A DNA stretch of 54,958 nt, filler included, from Streblomastix strix (taxonomy: Eukaryota): the NCBI GenBank assembly GCA_008636045.1. It is 3 parts of 3 records of this genome, joined end to end, with 100 filler letters (N's around TTAATTAATTAA, not from the genome) between each part and the next. Parts side by side here need not be neighbours in the genome. Positions count along the whole stretch, not along the records: positions 18,356 to 36,607 come from SNRW01000626.1; positions 36,708 to 54,958 come from SNRW01000627.1; 1 more part is not named here. One strand, written 5' to 3'. A program made the position numbers and the translations under genes. Each line of letters opens with the position of its first letter. Positions within the stretch are counted from its first letter, which is position 1. Of this stretch, positions 29,539-43,500 are shown in pieces. The notes under the pieces were generated by a model. It was not told where the DNA came from, did not search any database, and saw only the letters and a list, made by a program, of their open reading frames with translations.

Positions 29539-32500
29539 ATGCTTGCTTCCTTCTTGATCACATTACTTTGCCTAACTGTTGTTCAGCACGCTTAACTTCT
29601 TAAGTCTGCGATTATTGACAATGCGATTATTGAATATTATATCAATGGGAATACTGATAAATAGTAACTATGTGGATATGAGGAAAAAAACCCTTGTGGA
29701 TAAATAGACTATGTATTCAATTGGTTGGTAACGAGTGATTTGCATATCATACATGTCTCTGAAGGATAATATGAACATAATTTGCCTCATTACAATATAT
29801 TTAAAGATACTCGTATGCGACATATTTAATTCTGATTTTTATTAATTTTATTTTCATTCTTACTGTGTTCAGCATATCCTACTGTTGATATTGTTGCTGA
29901 AGGAAATGCTTCCATCAACCTTATTGGTCCAATTTAATCGATAGGAAAAGTTATAATTAGTTTCTCAACGTTTAGCATCGAATTTGCTGATCTATTCTTC
30001 TAAATTGATGATGACAAAAGTTCTCTGAATTTCTCAAGTTGCAATCTTATTAGAAATGCTGAAAATTCTGCATTAAACGCTTATTCAATAGTTGTAGTTA
30101 ATCATGGAAGTCTTATTCTAGAGAATTTGAATTTCAATGGAAATAATCTCACAGGAAATCAACCATTGATTTAAGCTGCTTCACCAAAACTGATTCAATT
30201 CACATCATTGACAGTTTCAAATGTTGCTCTTATATCTGTAAGCACTTCTCCACTTCTATTGAGTGTGACTGAACTAGAACAAGAATCAAACATTACAATA
30301 TCTGATGTACATGTAAAATAAAATACTGCAGGTACTTAATCATAAGCAGGTGTAATCTATGTTCATGCTAGTGAAAATTAATACGATGATCCTTCATAAT
30401 AAATAATTCTTTTGATAGAAAACTCTGATATTGTTCAAAACACACTTGCTCCAACTACAGAATCATGCACAATCTAAATTGAAGGATTAAAACCACAGCA
30501 AATTCTCATCAAAAACAGCAATATTGATAACAGATCACCACCAAATAATAACAGACAATTTGAAATCAAATTTACTCTTCCATCTGGTAGTGTTACTTCG
30601 GATCTTATAAATAAGTTCTAATCAGTCGACTTTGGAGTTACTTTAAATCCAGTAGTTGTGAGAGCACTTCCTAATTAACAGTATTATAATCTTATAATAC
30701 CTCTTGGCGCAGAATATGCAAATATTCGAGTTAACAACAATGGATTAGAATCATGTACAAGTTATATTGCAAATTATCGTAATGATGTTCAATCTATTGG
30801 TTGTGCTGTTATTATTATGAGAGAACAGGATTCATTAGGATTGATTAAAGGAGTTCCAAGATCTGTTTCAATTACTGGTTCATACACTGAGAATGATCTT
30901 CGAACTGATGGTATTTTATTTCTATTTTTAATGTGAATATTTTAATAACTCATAATAAATATAAATATTTTATTTTATTTTATATTTATTTTACTATTCT
31001 ATTCTAACATTTAGGTCTTAACATATCATTCACAGGATAAAATACTTCAACAACTTCAAACAAGATTTCCTTCTAGCCTGATTTACCAGTATCAACTAAT
31101 CCTGTTGATAGTTCACTATTTCGTATTACTGAAGATGGAGCAGTTACCCTTTCAAATCTATATATATCGAGATCTAATCAAATTGGATCTGAGAATGCAC
31201 CAATTGCATCGATTATTAGTGAAACTGGATAATAAAGTAATGGAATGAGATAGAACGCAGTTGGATAACTTGTTATTGACAATTGTATTTTAGAAGGTGG
31301 AAATTCAGTAGATTCAGATGTTTGGTACAATTTAGGATTGGCTGAGACATGCAATGTTGGATATGGTGCTGCGTTGGTTGCTGATGGACAAACTATTGTT
31401 CAAATATTCAGATCAAACATCAGAACATTTGAAGGACCTGCTGTTAGAGCATTGAATGGTGCAAGTGTTACAATTGATAGAAACACAATACTTGATAATA
31501 ATGGATTGAGAAATAAGAACGCATTCAGTTCGATGTAGAGTAATGTAGTTTGTGAAGGAGGAATTGGTACAACTACAATTAATATTGCATTAGATAACGT
31601 AACAAGTTTCACATCATCTGGAAATGCTTGGATATATCTATCATCTGAAAGCAGTTGTGATATTGCTGCCATACATCATGGTTTATTATAATAACCAAGA
31701 TCACCTCCATAGACAAATTCTGCAAAAATTACAATTGATAATACAAACAAAACAGCTGAAGTTACAGTTGGAGGTAAATTCTTAGAACCATGTTTGAGGA
31801 AACTTGTTCTGGAAATCCATGAAAAGGATAAAGATGATAAATAAATGATCTAAGAACTAAATGGTGAAAACTCATCAATTACAACCAATTGGATCAGCTC
31901 AGATCGAATTTCATTCTAAAATCCGTCTTCATTGCTTTCAGAATTAAATGAATAATATGAATGGGAAATCAGTGTATATGAATCAGGGAAAAGAGAATAT
32001 GCAACATGAGTCAGTATCGTTCCAACAGTAATCAATAAAACCATAAATAAACTTTTATTCTATGTAATAATTCCAATTATTGCTGCTATCATCTTGATCA
32101 TTCTCATTATCATCATTATTATATGTTGTTGCTGTTGTTGCACACATAAGAGCAAAGCTTAATAATACGAATCAAATCACATCGAAAAAAATCATAATCT
32201 TGTCGTGGTTGATAATGCATCTGTTTCAACATCAGTTGAAGTTGATATTGAAGAAAAAGAGGAAGAATTGGAATTTGAAAGTCAATATATCTCAAGAAAA
32301 AGAAATATTCATGAAGTTGATTCGCAGTTTGTCACAAATTCAGACAACGAACCAAGAGCATATTCAGAATAAAGCAACAGTGGAGGTCACGAAATTGAAA
32401 AACATGAACATAATCAGAGCTAATCATACTCAGGCACTGGTAAAGACGCATAAACTATTGATCTAAACAGATTCAAATTGAATCAGAATGAAAGAGTTGG

Positions 32501-33425
32501 TACTAATTAAGAATAGAAAGATCAATAACCACAGAAAGATAACATTGATTTGAAAACAAAGGAATAAAGACAACAGAGTAGCAATGAAAGAAGATCTTCA
32601 GGAAGAAGGAATGAAAGCAATTCATAAGTTTCACAAACTAGTCCATCTTCATTCAGCGCTGATTCAGATTCAAGATCATATTCAGAGTCACAGTATAGTG
32701 GCAGCGAACATAGTCAATCAAAATCTCCATTTAGAATGAGAGATGCAAATAAATCAAAAGTTCAAAAGGAAAAATCTCCGACGAGGATCTCAAAGAAATA
32801 ATAATCAAGTCGATCAATACAGACCAGCTCAGAAGGACAAAATGCGCAAAATCCAGTAAATACTGAATATAAACAAGAAAAATATTCAGAAGATGAAATT
32901 GAAGACAGCAAAAGTATTGATAGTGATGATAGTATGATTATGAATCTAAATAATGAGAAAGTAAGCAAAGAAAAGAAAAGTTCAAAAATCGGGAAAAGAA
33001 AAACTTCTGAAGCAAAGAGCAACGAACAAACATCTAAAGGAAAGAGCAACAAATCCAAATAAGTGAAAAGTTAGAAATCAAAGAAATAAACTAAAGAAGA
33101 AGAATTTGAAGATAAATAAGTTAATAAATATGATTCAGATGATGAAAGTGGAAATAACAGTGATGAAGACAGTCTACGATCAAGTAGTAGAAGTGTATCT
33201 ACAAGTGCTATCTCTAGTAATTAAAGGTAACAAACTTCATAACATTCAGATGCTGATCGTTATTCAACAAAATCGTCATAGCAAGAAAGGAAGAGTAGCA
33301 AACCGAAAAGTTCTGATCTTAAGTAAGAAGTGATGAATAATGAAGCCTCAACAGAGTCTGTTCCACCTTCGATTGATGACATGGAACAAATTGGGCAGTT
33401 CAATATTCCAGAAAAGATTCTCTGA
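29539..33425 (+). CDS. Type I membrane surface protein (signal peptide, beta-helix/pectin-lyase-like ectodomain, TM, poly-Cys, long Ser/charged tail); one in-frame TGA before the TM
   Basis: Signal MLASFLITLLCLTVV, motif CGYEEKNPCGQI. Introns ~29813-29872 and ~30911-31014. TM LLFYVIIPIIAAIILIILIIIIII followed by CCCCCC. Internal TGA at 32007-32009, terminal TGA at 33423. Confidence 0.8.
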
Positions 33426-33819
33426 AGAAGAATGTGTGGAGAAAATATTGTTTGAAAGAAGAATAAGGCTATTGTTTGAAAATCACATCCTCTCTTTCTT
33501 TCTATATTTATTCCACTTTCTCTATTTTTCCAGTTTGCTCTTATTTTGCTATCTTGTTGTTTAAGTGAGTGTATCACATCAGAAAATAAATAATTATTAA
33601 ATAGTTGAAAAAAATAAATTGCTCTGCCTTTAATACTCTGTTGTAAATATTAAATAAATTTAATAAATAAATAAATAATAAATTTGTTTTATTTATTTAA
33701 CTTCGGAATCGAAGTAACATGAGTAGTATATGAAGACAAACTTTGGTATAAGTTCAAATGCCCTAGCGAATTTGCATCATCTGCACCAAACAGAAACACA
33801 AAAGCAGTTCTTTAGCTCT

Positions 33820-34165
33820 TATTACAGAATCAATACAAAAATTTATAAATGCTATTGATTTTGAAGAAGGTTTTGAAAAACAGATTATAACTTTTTCAGT
33901 CTAAGTCTAATTAATCAAAAGAACTAATGCATTTGAACTTTCGTTCTATAAAGATGAACTTTCACGTAATTAAGTTGCCCTAGCTCATTCTTCTCTCAGG
34001 TTTTAGGTAGAAACGTGAAAATAGTTTTTTTGCCCTGACTACATAATCAATATACAAATTTACAAAAGATATTGATTTTGAAGCAAGATTTGAAGAACTA
34101 GTTATAACTTTTTCAGTCTTAGACCAACGAAGCAAATCGGCTAGTGCAAATGTACTTATGCCAAA
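33820..34165 (+). repeat. Diverged direct duplication (~120 bp core, copies ~220 bp apart) in decayed coding-like DNA
   Basis: SIQKFINAIDFEEGFEKQIITFSV versus SIYKFTKDIDFEARFEELVITFSV. Confidence 0.6.
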
Positions 34166-35099
34166 TGTTCGTTCTTATGGATTCCATATGGAGCAACGCG
34201 AAGCGATGCTACATAGAATAAATGAATATAATAATTCAAGTATTATATTTTGCTAAAATTATATTGAAATTAAATAAACATAACAGAATTGTTGAAAGAG
34301 TTATCTTACAATTTATATTCTCAAAAGGTTTAATCGTTGAGTATTATTCTTGATCTTCATGTAATTATTTATACTGCAATTATGATTCGTTTTCATGAAG
34401 CTTCTCTATTTCTGCATCTTCTTCTTTTAGCTGTTTATAATATTTCTCTTTTTAATACCTCTCCAAGTTACATGTTTCAACCAAAATAATTTGAATGTTG
34501 CATTTTCGCTGAGTGTCCAAGATAATATATAGAATTGAATGATATTTCTCTGAATCAAAAATAAATTAATCAAATATATGATTGAGATAAAAAATTTTAT
34601 AAATCAAAAAGGGTTTCTACTCTATAATTACCAAATTTTACTCAAAAATATTAAGTAGAGTTAAAAAAACTTAATAATGGGTTGCACCAACCTTATATAA
34701 AATAAGTATAACTATTGCAGTGTAAGCTTGTACAATAATTTCTGGTTTAAATCACGCATTTGGAGCAGATACAAATATTGTAGGTGCTGTTGAAAGACTA
34801 GCTAATAAACGTAGATGCAATTTATTTTTAATGAAATGAATAGCTAATTAACGCAACAATAAATTAGAAGGGTTAAGTAACTAATCATAAATTATATTGC
34901 TTTTTATATGCAAAATTAGAATCAAGGTAATTTTTGTGGTGTAATGCCACAAAACGAATCATATCAATTATTTATAGATAAAAACGTTATATTAATATAC
35001 ACGATGTCTAATAATTTTCGGCATAAAATAGAAGGCAAAATAAATTACAAAAAGTTCTATATATGTTCATTATTCATATTATTAAAGTAATGCAATATC

Positions 35100-35980
35100 A
35101 CCATCTAAGTCATTATATTGTTAAAAACGTTTAAACGCACTCTGGCAGACCTTCTTACAAATTAATGGAGTTATTGCTTCTGCTTCTCTTATTATCGCAA
35201 GTAGTTATGAGAATATGGCTGTATAAGAAGGTGCTCCATTCTACTAAAAATGATCGTTCTCATGTTGAAGCCCTTGATATTTAGTTCAACTTAGAACATA
35301 TCTCCAAGAAGCCTCTAGTATTCCCATTGATCGACAATATGCATGATAAAGAAAGGTCCAATTAACTTTTTGATGAAAATGATCACCAGACCATTAGTTC
35401 TCCTGCTGAATGAGGAATATTTGTAGTATAACGAGGATTATTTTAAGAATGTTAATGACAGTTAAAGGTTTTATCATGATTGGAAAGTTCAAAACAGCAC
35501 TTGTCGGACCAATAAATCTTGTTCGGAAAATCTTTAATTTCGATGATTTTGTCAATATGGGCTTAATAAACAGTTTTTCTCGCAGCAAAATCAACTGATC
35601 GTAATTTCTATTTGCGCTATAATCGATAATTATGTATTTTTAAACTCAATTTAAAATGTTCTGTAGATATTAACGATAAACCTGCCTCTTGCGCAACATC
35701 TCTTACAGGCGACATAGGTTTCTCATCAAAGATGTTCTTGATACATAGAACATTTTTTTAACTTTTTGCAGATTTTTTTCGCTTTGATCTCTCTTTGTCC
35801 AGTACAGAGTCTGTTTTATCAAATTTCCTAACCGTGTAGGTGATAAACCGTCTGTAAGGCTTTTTGCTTCATTTACAATTTTCGAGAACTTTTTTCACCA
35901 ATCCGTATTTGTAAAATAATTTTATTTGCATTTATTCTTTCCTTAGTCGTACGCCCAGTCTGATTTGCACGTTTTACCAT
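35100..35980 (-). mobile_element. Degenerate Tc1/mariner-superfamily transposase
   Basis: HTH region FDKTDSVLDKERSKRKKSAKS…KPMSPVRDVAQEAGLS. First catalytic-D region IYWSDKCCF, MVW…IGPFF. Second-D region FQQNGAPSYTA (QQ = TAG TAG). Frameshifts present and the third-D region is deleted. Confidence 0.75.
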
Positions 35981-36607
35981 TGAAAAGCAAGTTGATCAGA
36001 CCTTTAATGAAAAGAAAGAAGTCAATTTTTAGGTATTTTCTGAAAAAAAAACCAACTCATTCAAACGAAGTTTTTTCTTAAATTTTTTTAAATATGTTTA
36101 AAATTTAACACTGATATATGTTATCAAAAATGAAATAAATTAAAATGATGAAGTGTAATGGATATATTATTTTAAAATTTTTTACTTAAATTTTTAAAAA
36201 AAAACTAAAAAAAATATTCACATTAAAAATCAAAAATTTTAACAGGTTTAATTTGCTTATTTTTCACTTTTCAATATATTATTTTATATATTCATTAGTA
36301 ATTACAATTAAATTATATATATATTTATATTTATGTAAGATCAATATATTTTATTCGATTAATTATGTTCTATGACTTATGAAACACTCTGTACACTGCA
36401 AATATCTAACTAGTTTACAGATTTGCATCAATTTAGGCATAAAAAATTTTCAAAAATAAATACAAGCGGGCCTATTTTCTTATTAATTGTTAATATTTGG
36501 GATAACTGGTGTTAACGTGCATGAATTCGCCTTGACAAATAGTACATTTTATATAATTGCAAATAAAATATTGAAATAAACAATCAATATTATCAAAATT
36601 TAATATT

Positions 36608-36707
36608 NNNNNNNNNNNNNNNNNNNNNNNNNNNNNNNNNNNNNNNNNNNNTTAATTAATTAANNNNNNNNNNNNNNNNNNNNNNNNNNNNNNNNNNNNN
36701 NNNNNNN
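36608..36707. other. Artificial contig-joining linker
   Basis: N44-TTAATTAATTAA-N44. Confidence 0.97.
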
Positions 36708-36722
36708 TGTGAAGATAAAAAA

Positions 36723-36723
36723 A

Positions 36724-36818
<95 letters not shown>

Positions 36819-36840
36819 TTATTATTTTTATTATTATTAT
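36723..36840. repeat. (ATT)n microsatellite at contig start
   Basis: Direct trinucleotide run. Confidence 0.9.
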
Positions 36841-37126
36841 TTGTTTAAAAATATTATTATTTTTTCTCACATCTTCTCAAAGTAATATATATTTATTTAA
36901 TACGTTTATTTTTATATATTTAAAATGTATCGTTTATCAATCGGTTTGAGTATGAGTGTTACTTATTCAAAAATGTAAATCCATTTATTTGTATTAATAA
37001 AAACTTCTTTGATTTTTATTGTTAATAGTAGAATTTTTTGATATGAATAATATTATCAATATTTATGGTAAAACTTTCATGAATTAAATCATAAAATTAA
37101 TTAATTATTATCTATGATAATAACAT

Positions 37127-38270
37127 TCATTCATACATCTTCTCCAGAAAATCTGCCAGTTATGAATTGAATCTTGCAACAGTACAAGCCAATCTAAGGG
37201 CAGCTCCACGAAGTGCAATGCTTCTATATGAAAGTTTAATGCTGAAGAATTGACTAATTGGAACATTTACAGGTTGTCACATAAGAAAAATAAGAAGAGA
37301 AAAGAAATATGTTAAAGACGAAAGATATTCAGCAACATCATAATGAATAACAGTACATTTATAGAAAATACTCAAAACAAATGCAAGATTCATAGATATC
37401 CTATATTAATAAGTATAAGATGGCGCCCCTACTGATATTGGTGAAGCAGGTTAATCTGGAGAATGTATTGGTATAGCGAACATTGAAGGTGTTTTTGAAT
37501 ATTGATCTGGTGGATTAACTGTGAATACAATCTTCTCTCCATTTGCTTCTGGGTTGCTTCCGAGAAATTAAGATCCAGAAATAGAATGCTATTAAACAGG
37601 AGATCGTTGAGTAATGAGTCCAGAAACAACAAAAAGATCTTCTTTACTCTGTATTAGATCATATGGAGGTACAAGTGGTAGTTCATTCTGTCCTTATAGT
37701 AATAATGCTGATAAGAATAATATAAAATTCAATAATTCCACTCTGAAATCTATTAATGCAATATAAAAAATGTGAGTTTTAATAATACTGATTACTTCAA
37801 TGAAAAACATCATTCTTGAAAACTTTTCAAATTAAAATCTTGTAAGAGTTCCATGAACTGGAATATTCTCTTCTTAATGAGTGAATCTTACAAGTGGTTC
37901 TGTATTTTGAATAATAGGAATACCACCTGAATTAATAATTGAACGTTTTGGGAAATCAATACCGCAAATATCTCCTAGTTAATGTAATGTTTATTGAAAT
38001 TTTGAAGAAGATTGTGATCCAGTTTGATGTCTAATTGATGGTTTAACAGATCGTGAATTGCGAAGAGTAAAATCAAATGATGTGAGAATAGTTTGTGAAA
38101 GTACATAGTTGGATCAGTTAACTATTCTGCAGGCAATCTAATTTTATGGGGTGTAAATAGTGTTGGAACAGAAAGTGGTTTCTATATAGATGGAGATAAG
38201 TTTATTGGCGAGCTAAACCAATAACATTAGGATCAGTACCTCTAAGAATTTGATAGTAATTTTTTTTGAA
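37127..38270 (-). pseudogene. Diverged paralog of the gene at 1-729; internal TGA and probable 5' frameshifts
   Basis: HGTLTRFQFE…LVPPYDLIQSKEDLF…VNPPDQYS…RLACTVARFNSQLADFLEKMYE-TGA aligns along its length with 1-729. TGA at 37277-37279 falls where the paralog has TGT (Cys). Confidence 0.75.
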
Positions 38271-39428
38271 ACAATTAAAAAAGCTGTAAAATAACCGATC
38301 AAACAATTATTCAATGAATTAGTCAAATAACACTTCGAGGATTATGATACAATAAAAGTTTCAATTGAAGCATAATATAAAAAAATCAATCCATCTATTA
38401 CTCTAAGAATTAATAAGAATTAATAAAATAGTAACTAATCAATAACAATAATTATAAAATATAAAGAAAATAGTAGTTGTAAAAGATTATAAAATAAACT
38501 ATTTTATGAATAGGAAAAGTACTTCAAAAACAAATGTGTATTAATTAAAAAGTCGTTAGATGTTACCAATTAACCATAACAAATAAAGAAGCACATTATC
38601 ACTGAAGCTAATGAAGAAGAAAAATAGATTAATATTTAGTTTGTGAATGATGAGTAATACAGTAACTTTGTCAATTACTATTATCTTAATTTGCTTTCGC
38701 AAAATCCGTCGGAGACGAGTCTGCAGAAACCTTTGGATTGCAATCAATGTTTGAATCCCCGAAATAAACTCCGTTGGTGGCATAAATGCTAAGCTGGCTT
38801 TCTGATCAGAGTCAAAAATAATAAAATTATTGAGATATTATATATATTCAATTATATCTTCAATTTCGTCTAGAATTGTTTCTGTATGACAAATGTGATA
38901 ATGTTATAACATCCTATTATATCTCATTTTATTATATTAATCAGGAATAAACCATAAATTTCAACGCAATTACAGTGTTCTTGTTAAGTGTTTCTAATAT
39001 TTTAAAAATCTCATACTTCGTTGCTCCATACTTTCAACCAATAGTAATTGCTAATTGATATATCTTATCCATTTTAATATTTTCAAATTATTTATTTATT
39101 GGGATTATTTAACCTTTTAAGATACAAGATATATCTTCAATGAGTTGCTAAATCCTAATCTTTATTTTATATTGCTTCGTTCAAAAATGTTTCAATTTAT
39201 TCTAAAGATAGCTATGACTAATGTTTTCAAAGTTAGTTCTTATCTATTTTTCTTTTGTAAAAGAATTATATAATATAAATCGTTATATTTAATGAAACCA
39301 ATATTATGTCAAAAGTATACCATAATGTTTTTGCTACATTAACAATATCCATTAAATTTTCAGGAATTGATACATATGTAATTGATTCAATAAAATTAAC
39401 ACTATAGAACATGTTTTTCATAATCTCT

Positions 39429-40508
39429 ATGAATAACGATATTAAATTCATTTAATTATAATAAATAATAACTTTAAAAGAATAATAAGATATAACATTT
39501 ACGAATTAAAATCAATTAAATGTATATAGAACTAAGTCTTTATCGAAGAATTCATTGTTCCTTACTAATGGAAATCCTTATATTGAGGGAGCTGTTGGAA
39601 GTGGTAAAACAACATTAATGTGTAAGTTTATTGCAATGTAAAAGAAAGTAAACGATCATTTCATATTATACATCTCGAATTGTAGGGCGGATGAAACTAT
39701 GGCATTAAACCTTAATAATATGCATATGTAATTAACAAATGTAACTACCGGAGAAACAATGATATTTCTACCTGAATTTGATGAGATAAAATACTCTACT
39801 AAAGAGATGTATACATGGTACAAAATGAATGAATAAAAATAATCATACACTAGCGATTTCATTAAGCGAATGGAAGAATAAATCCTATAAAATAATGAGA
39901 TAAAAAAGAATGAAAAACCTAATGATTATCTTAATCGAATTGCTGAACTATTCAAACAAAAAGTAATCGAAACCATTAATACATATAGTTAACCAACCAA
40001 GATATTGAGATTCGATATTCCAGCGCTAATTAAAAACGTTAGTTATTTAAAGAAATACAAAATTATGGAGGATGATAATAATGCAGACATTTAAATAATG
40101 AAAATTATTATATTAGAAAAAGCTTAATTGCTTAACACATTAGTGTTCATTGATGAAAATGGATCTAATGCAGATATAATACGATTCAGTTCATAATTAT
40201 CTAGAACTATAACACATCTGGTTAGTGATTCTCATCATTTTAAAAACTCAATTTTCTTTATAGCTTAACGACCAACTTATTTTTTTAAAACAACTAGGAT
40301 ATTAAACTATATAATTTGTATGGGTGTAAATCTTAGAGAAAGTGAATTAAGATAATTGTACGATGACACTACCATATAAAATTTAGATTTTGATGAATTC
40401 CAATTATTATACAATATATTAAAGAAATATGAGTTTATCATATTGAACAAGTGGTTAAAAAATTTGATATTCTCAAAAATAAACGAGCATTTATGCCCAA
40501 CGAATTGA
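39429..40508 (+). CDS. A32/FtsK-HerA-like genome packaging ATPase (359 aa, open with TAR=Gln)
   Basis: Walker A YIEGAVGSGKTT, Walker B TLVFIDE, and SDSHHFKNSIFFIAQ corresponding to the RH…hhhhhQ motif (Arg finger changed to His). Confidence 0.8.
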
Positions 40509-40519
40509 AAATTCGTCGA

Positions 40520-43500
40520 TCAATTGAAAGAATAATCCTTAGCAGTTAATCAAAAAATATAAGATCAGCATGACTGATCCTCTTGCACTATTTTTTTGTT
40601 CGAATTTCTGTGATTCCGTTTTTTAATTGATAATTAATTTATTAAATGATTCTTCTATCCTAAATGCTTATTAATGCATTTTATTTTCTTACCTTCATTA
40701 ATGCAATAGACTTTCTAGTCTTTAGTGAGTTTGTTAGTTTTCAAATAAACTCCTTTATATTTTATTTTTGAATCATCACAATAATTCTTGAATGTAATAA
40801 AATTTTTAGGAGCTAGTGATATCATTGATGGACCATGCCGTTCGATTGCTAATCCTAATATCATCTTCACATCATAAACGTCTCCTCTAATCGTTTGGAA
40901 GAAATACTTAGCATTATCGTTATAAAATTCTCGATCATTAATTACAGCATTAAATTACTAAGTAAAATCTTCATTAGGATTTCCACTAATTGCCCAATAA
41001 GCTGAATCAGTATCTTCTTCGATAAAATGTATCCTATATATATTTAAGCATTTGAACATGAAATTATATGTGAAGTTTAGATACCAATATCTAGCATTAT
41101 CTAATCTAAAGAAATCTACTTATAAAGGTGTTTTATAACTGTAATGCTCAGGATTCATTTGTACAAGATAATTATCTTCAGATATCTTTTGTTCGTCCAT
41201 GAATGCATTAGATCTTATAGCTCTTTCTGCTTACATCTTATTCACTATTTTAACTTAGTCATATTTCTCTGCAATCATTCCATCTCTACCATAAGAACTA
41301 TTCATAACTATCTTAAAGAATTATTCTTATTCCTTATTCTCATCTAATTTTGCTTTAATTCTGTTTTTAGTAAATTTATTAAAAAATGAATTGATTTAAT
41401 CGTGATAATTGAATAGCACTTTCTATTTCACATCATCTATAATAAAGTGGCAATCATCAATTAAAAACCATAGGTAATATGAGCTAAATACCATGAATTC
41501 TCCTATAATTGATGATAGATTAGTTAACATTCTTCATTTTTGATTCGTATTAATCGTATTGTCTTTCATATGACTGTACAAATAAGATCCAATAGTTCTT
41601 TCAACAATTGTAAATTCATAATTTGTTAGAATAGATGTATAGTTAATGAAATCTTTAAGTTAATTCTAATCAATGTGACCTTTGACTTCGGCAATGAATA
41701 TTTAGTTTTCTTCTGTAAATATCTTTTTACTATTAATTAATCGTTGTGTAGTTTATTTTGAATGATCGGCGTAAGCAGAGCTTTAGCAGAACTTAAATTT
41801 CTAGTTTAAAACATTCGGTTTATCCAATACTCTTACCTGTTTATGATCCGTATATACACATTTTACCTCCTATGTACCTAATAAATTTATATTTGGCTCT
41901 GGTGACATTGCACTAGGATATAAAGAATTAAAATCTACACCAAATAACTGAATAATTTTATGATCAGTTGTTAATATAGTATCATTTATATTTACATTGT
42001 CATATTACGTTCATTTAATAAAATCAATTCCTGATACATTTACTCTATGCATTACATTTGATATTCCACCTGTGATCCATTTTCTGATTAAATGATATGC
42101 ATCAATATCTTTATATTTGTTTGGTAAACATCTTATCATACAGTATTTATGTAGTAAAATAAATAATTTGCTTATGTTTCTATCTTTGCTCGAACAAAAG
42201 TAATTATAATACAAACAATAAGTCAAAATATTATCTTTTGAATTAGCTTTTGAATTATCGAATCTATCTAGTGTTGATTTATTATTCATAGTGAATTTAA
42301 ACCCACAAATGCTGCAATTAGATTCTTTGAATAATTGTTTGAAGTAATAATAATTACTATCTTATACATTATTTGTTATATCTCATTTTTTGTGATTATT
42401 TTACGATTGATATCTTTTCTTAATAATCTACCTATAATTCTCAGTTAAATAAAATTTTTATGACTAATTTTAATAATTTGGATATTCGGTATTAAAGTCA
42501 AAATCATCATAAGCCTTAGCATATTAGATAGCATAAGAGTGTGTAGCCATACTCATGAAACTAAACACATCAATCATATATTTAATTCGTAAGCAAATTA
42601 ATTTCATAAATGGTTTGATCATTATATAAGTATCTTTTTCGTTATAGTATTATAAATAGTCCCATCTATTTTTGAATCTTTTTGCATCATCTAGATATAT
42701 CTAGTAAACCTTCTAACTAATTTTTGTCTTCTTTAATGATGAATTGAAATCTTCCATCGTAAATGGTTCTGATTTATCTATTATTTCATTAACTTTTCCA
42801 TTTTGAAAGTTTTATAAAGAAATAAGCCTTTTTTATCATCATATCCTTCACCAAAATCTTTAGCTGATTAGTATAATTTTTTGGTTAAAGATACATTAAT
42901 ATATGGGGGTGCTCGATCACAAACAACCACCCCATTTTTTTAAAAAATAATGTAATATGATTTAAAATTAAAAAAAGTTGTAATTGTAAAATGTTTAAAA
43001 ATCCTCCTTGACGGAGTTGCGCGAAAAAATTGTTTTAGGTTCGCTAGCCAGCAGCAGGTTGTACATGTTCTTGAATTTTATTAAATTTATTTTATAAAAA
43101 TATTTCAATTAATATTATTAATATTTGCGATATTTTTAGGCACTACCGATGGAGAAAAAAAACTTTTTTTTATTTTCCATTTATTGAAACATTCATATAA
43201 TTATTTTTATTATTTAATAATTAATTTTATTTTTTTTTATTTTTTAATTAAATTTTATTTAATAAAATTGATAATTTTTAATCTACTTGACGCAAATCCA
43301 GGATTTTTTTTTCATTTTCGCGCATTTGCACTTTTGTCAAAATAAATATAATATTCGAATTTTATAATTTATATTTTATGGTTTATTTACATAAATTATC
43401 ATAAAAAAATAAAATTAAACATTAAATGCGGTCAAAAATAAAAAATAAAGAAAATCTCAGTTTTCACGTGCGCAAGTGCATAAAAATATCACAAATATTA

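Noticed and set aside
37277..37279. Selenocysteine at a TGA aligned to Cys
   Set aside because: No redox motif or recognisable SECIS, the copy appears frameshifted upstream, and a single T>A change explains it.
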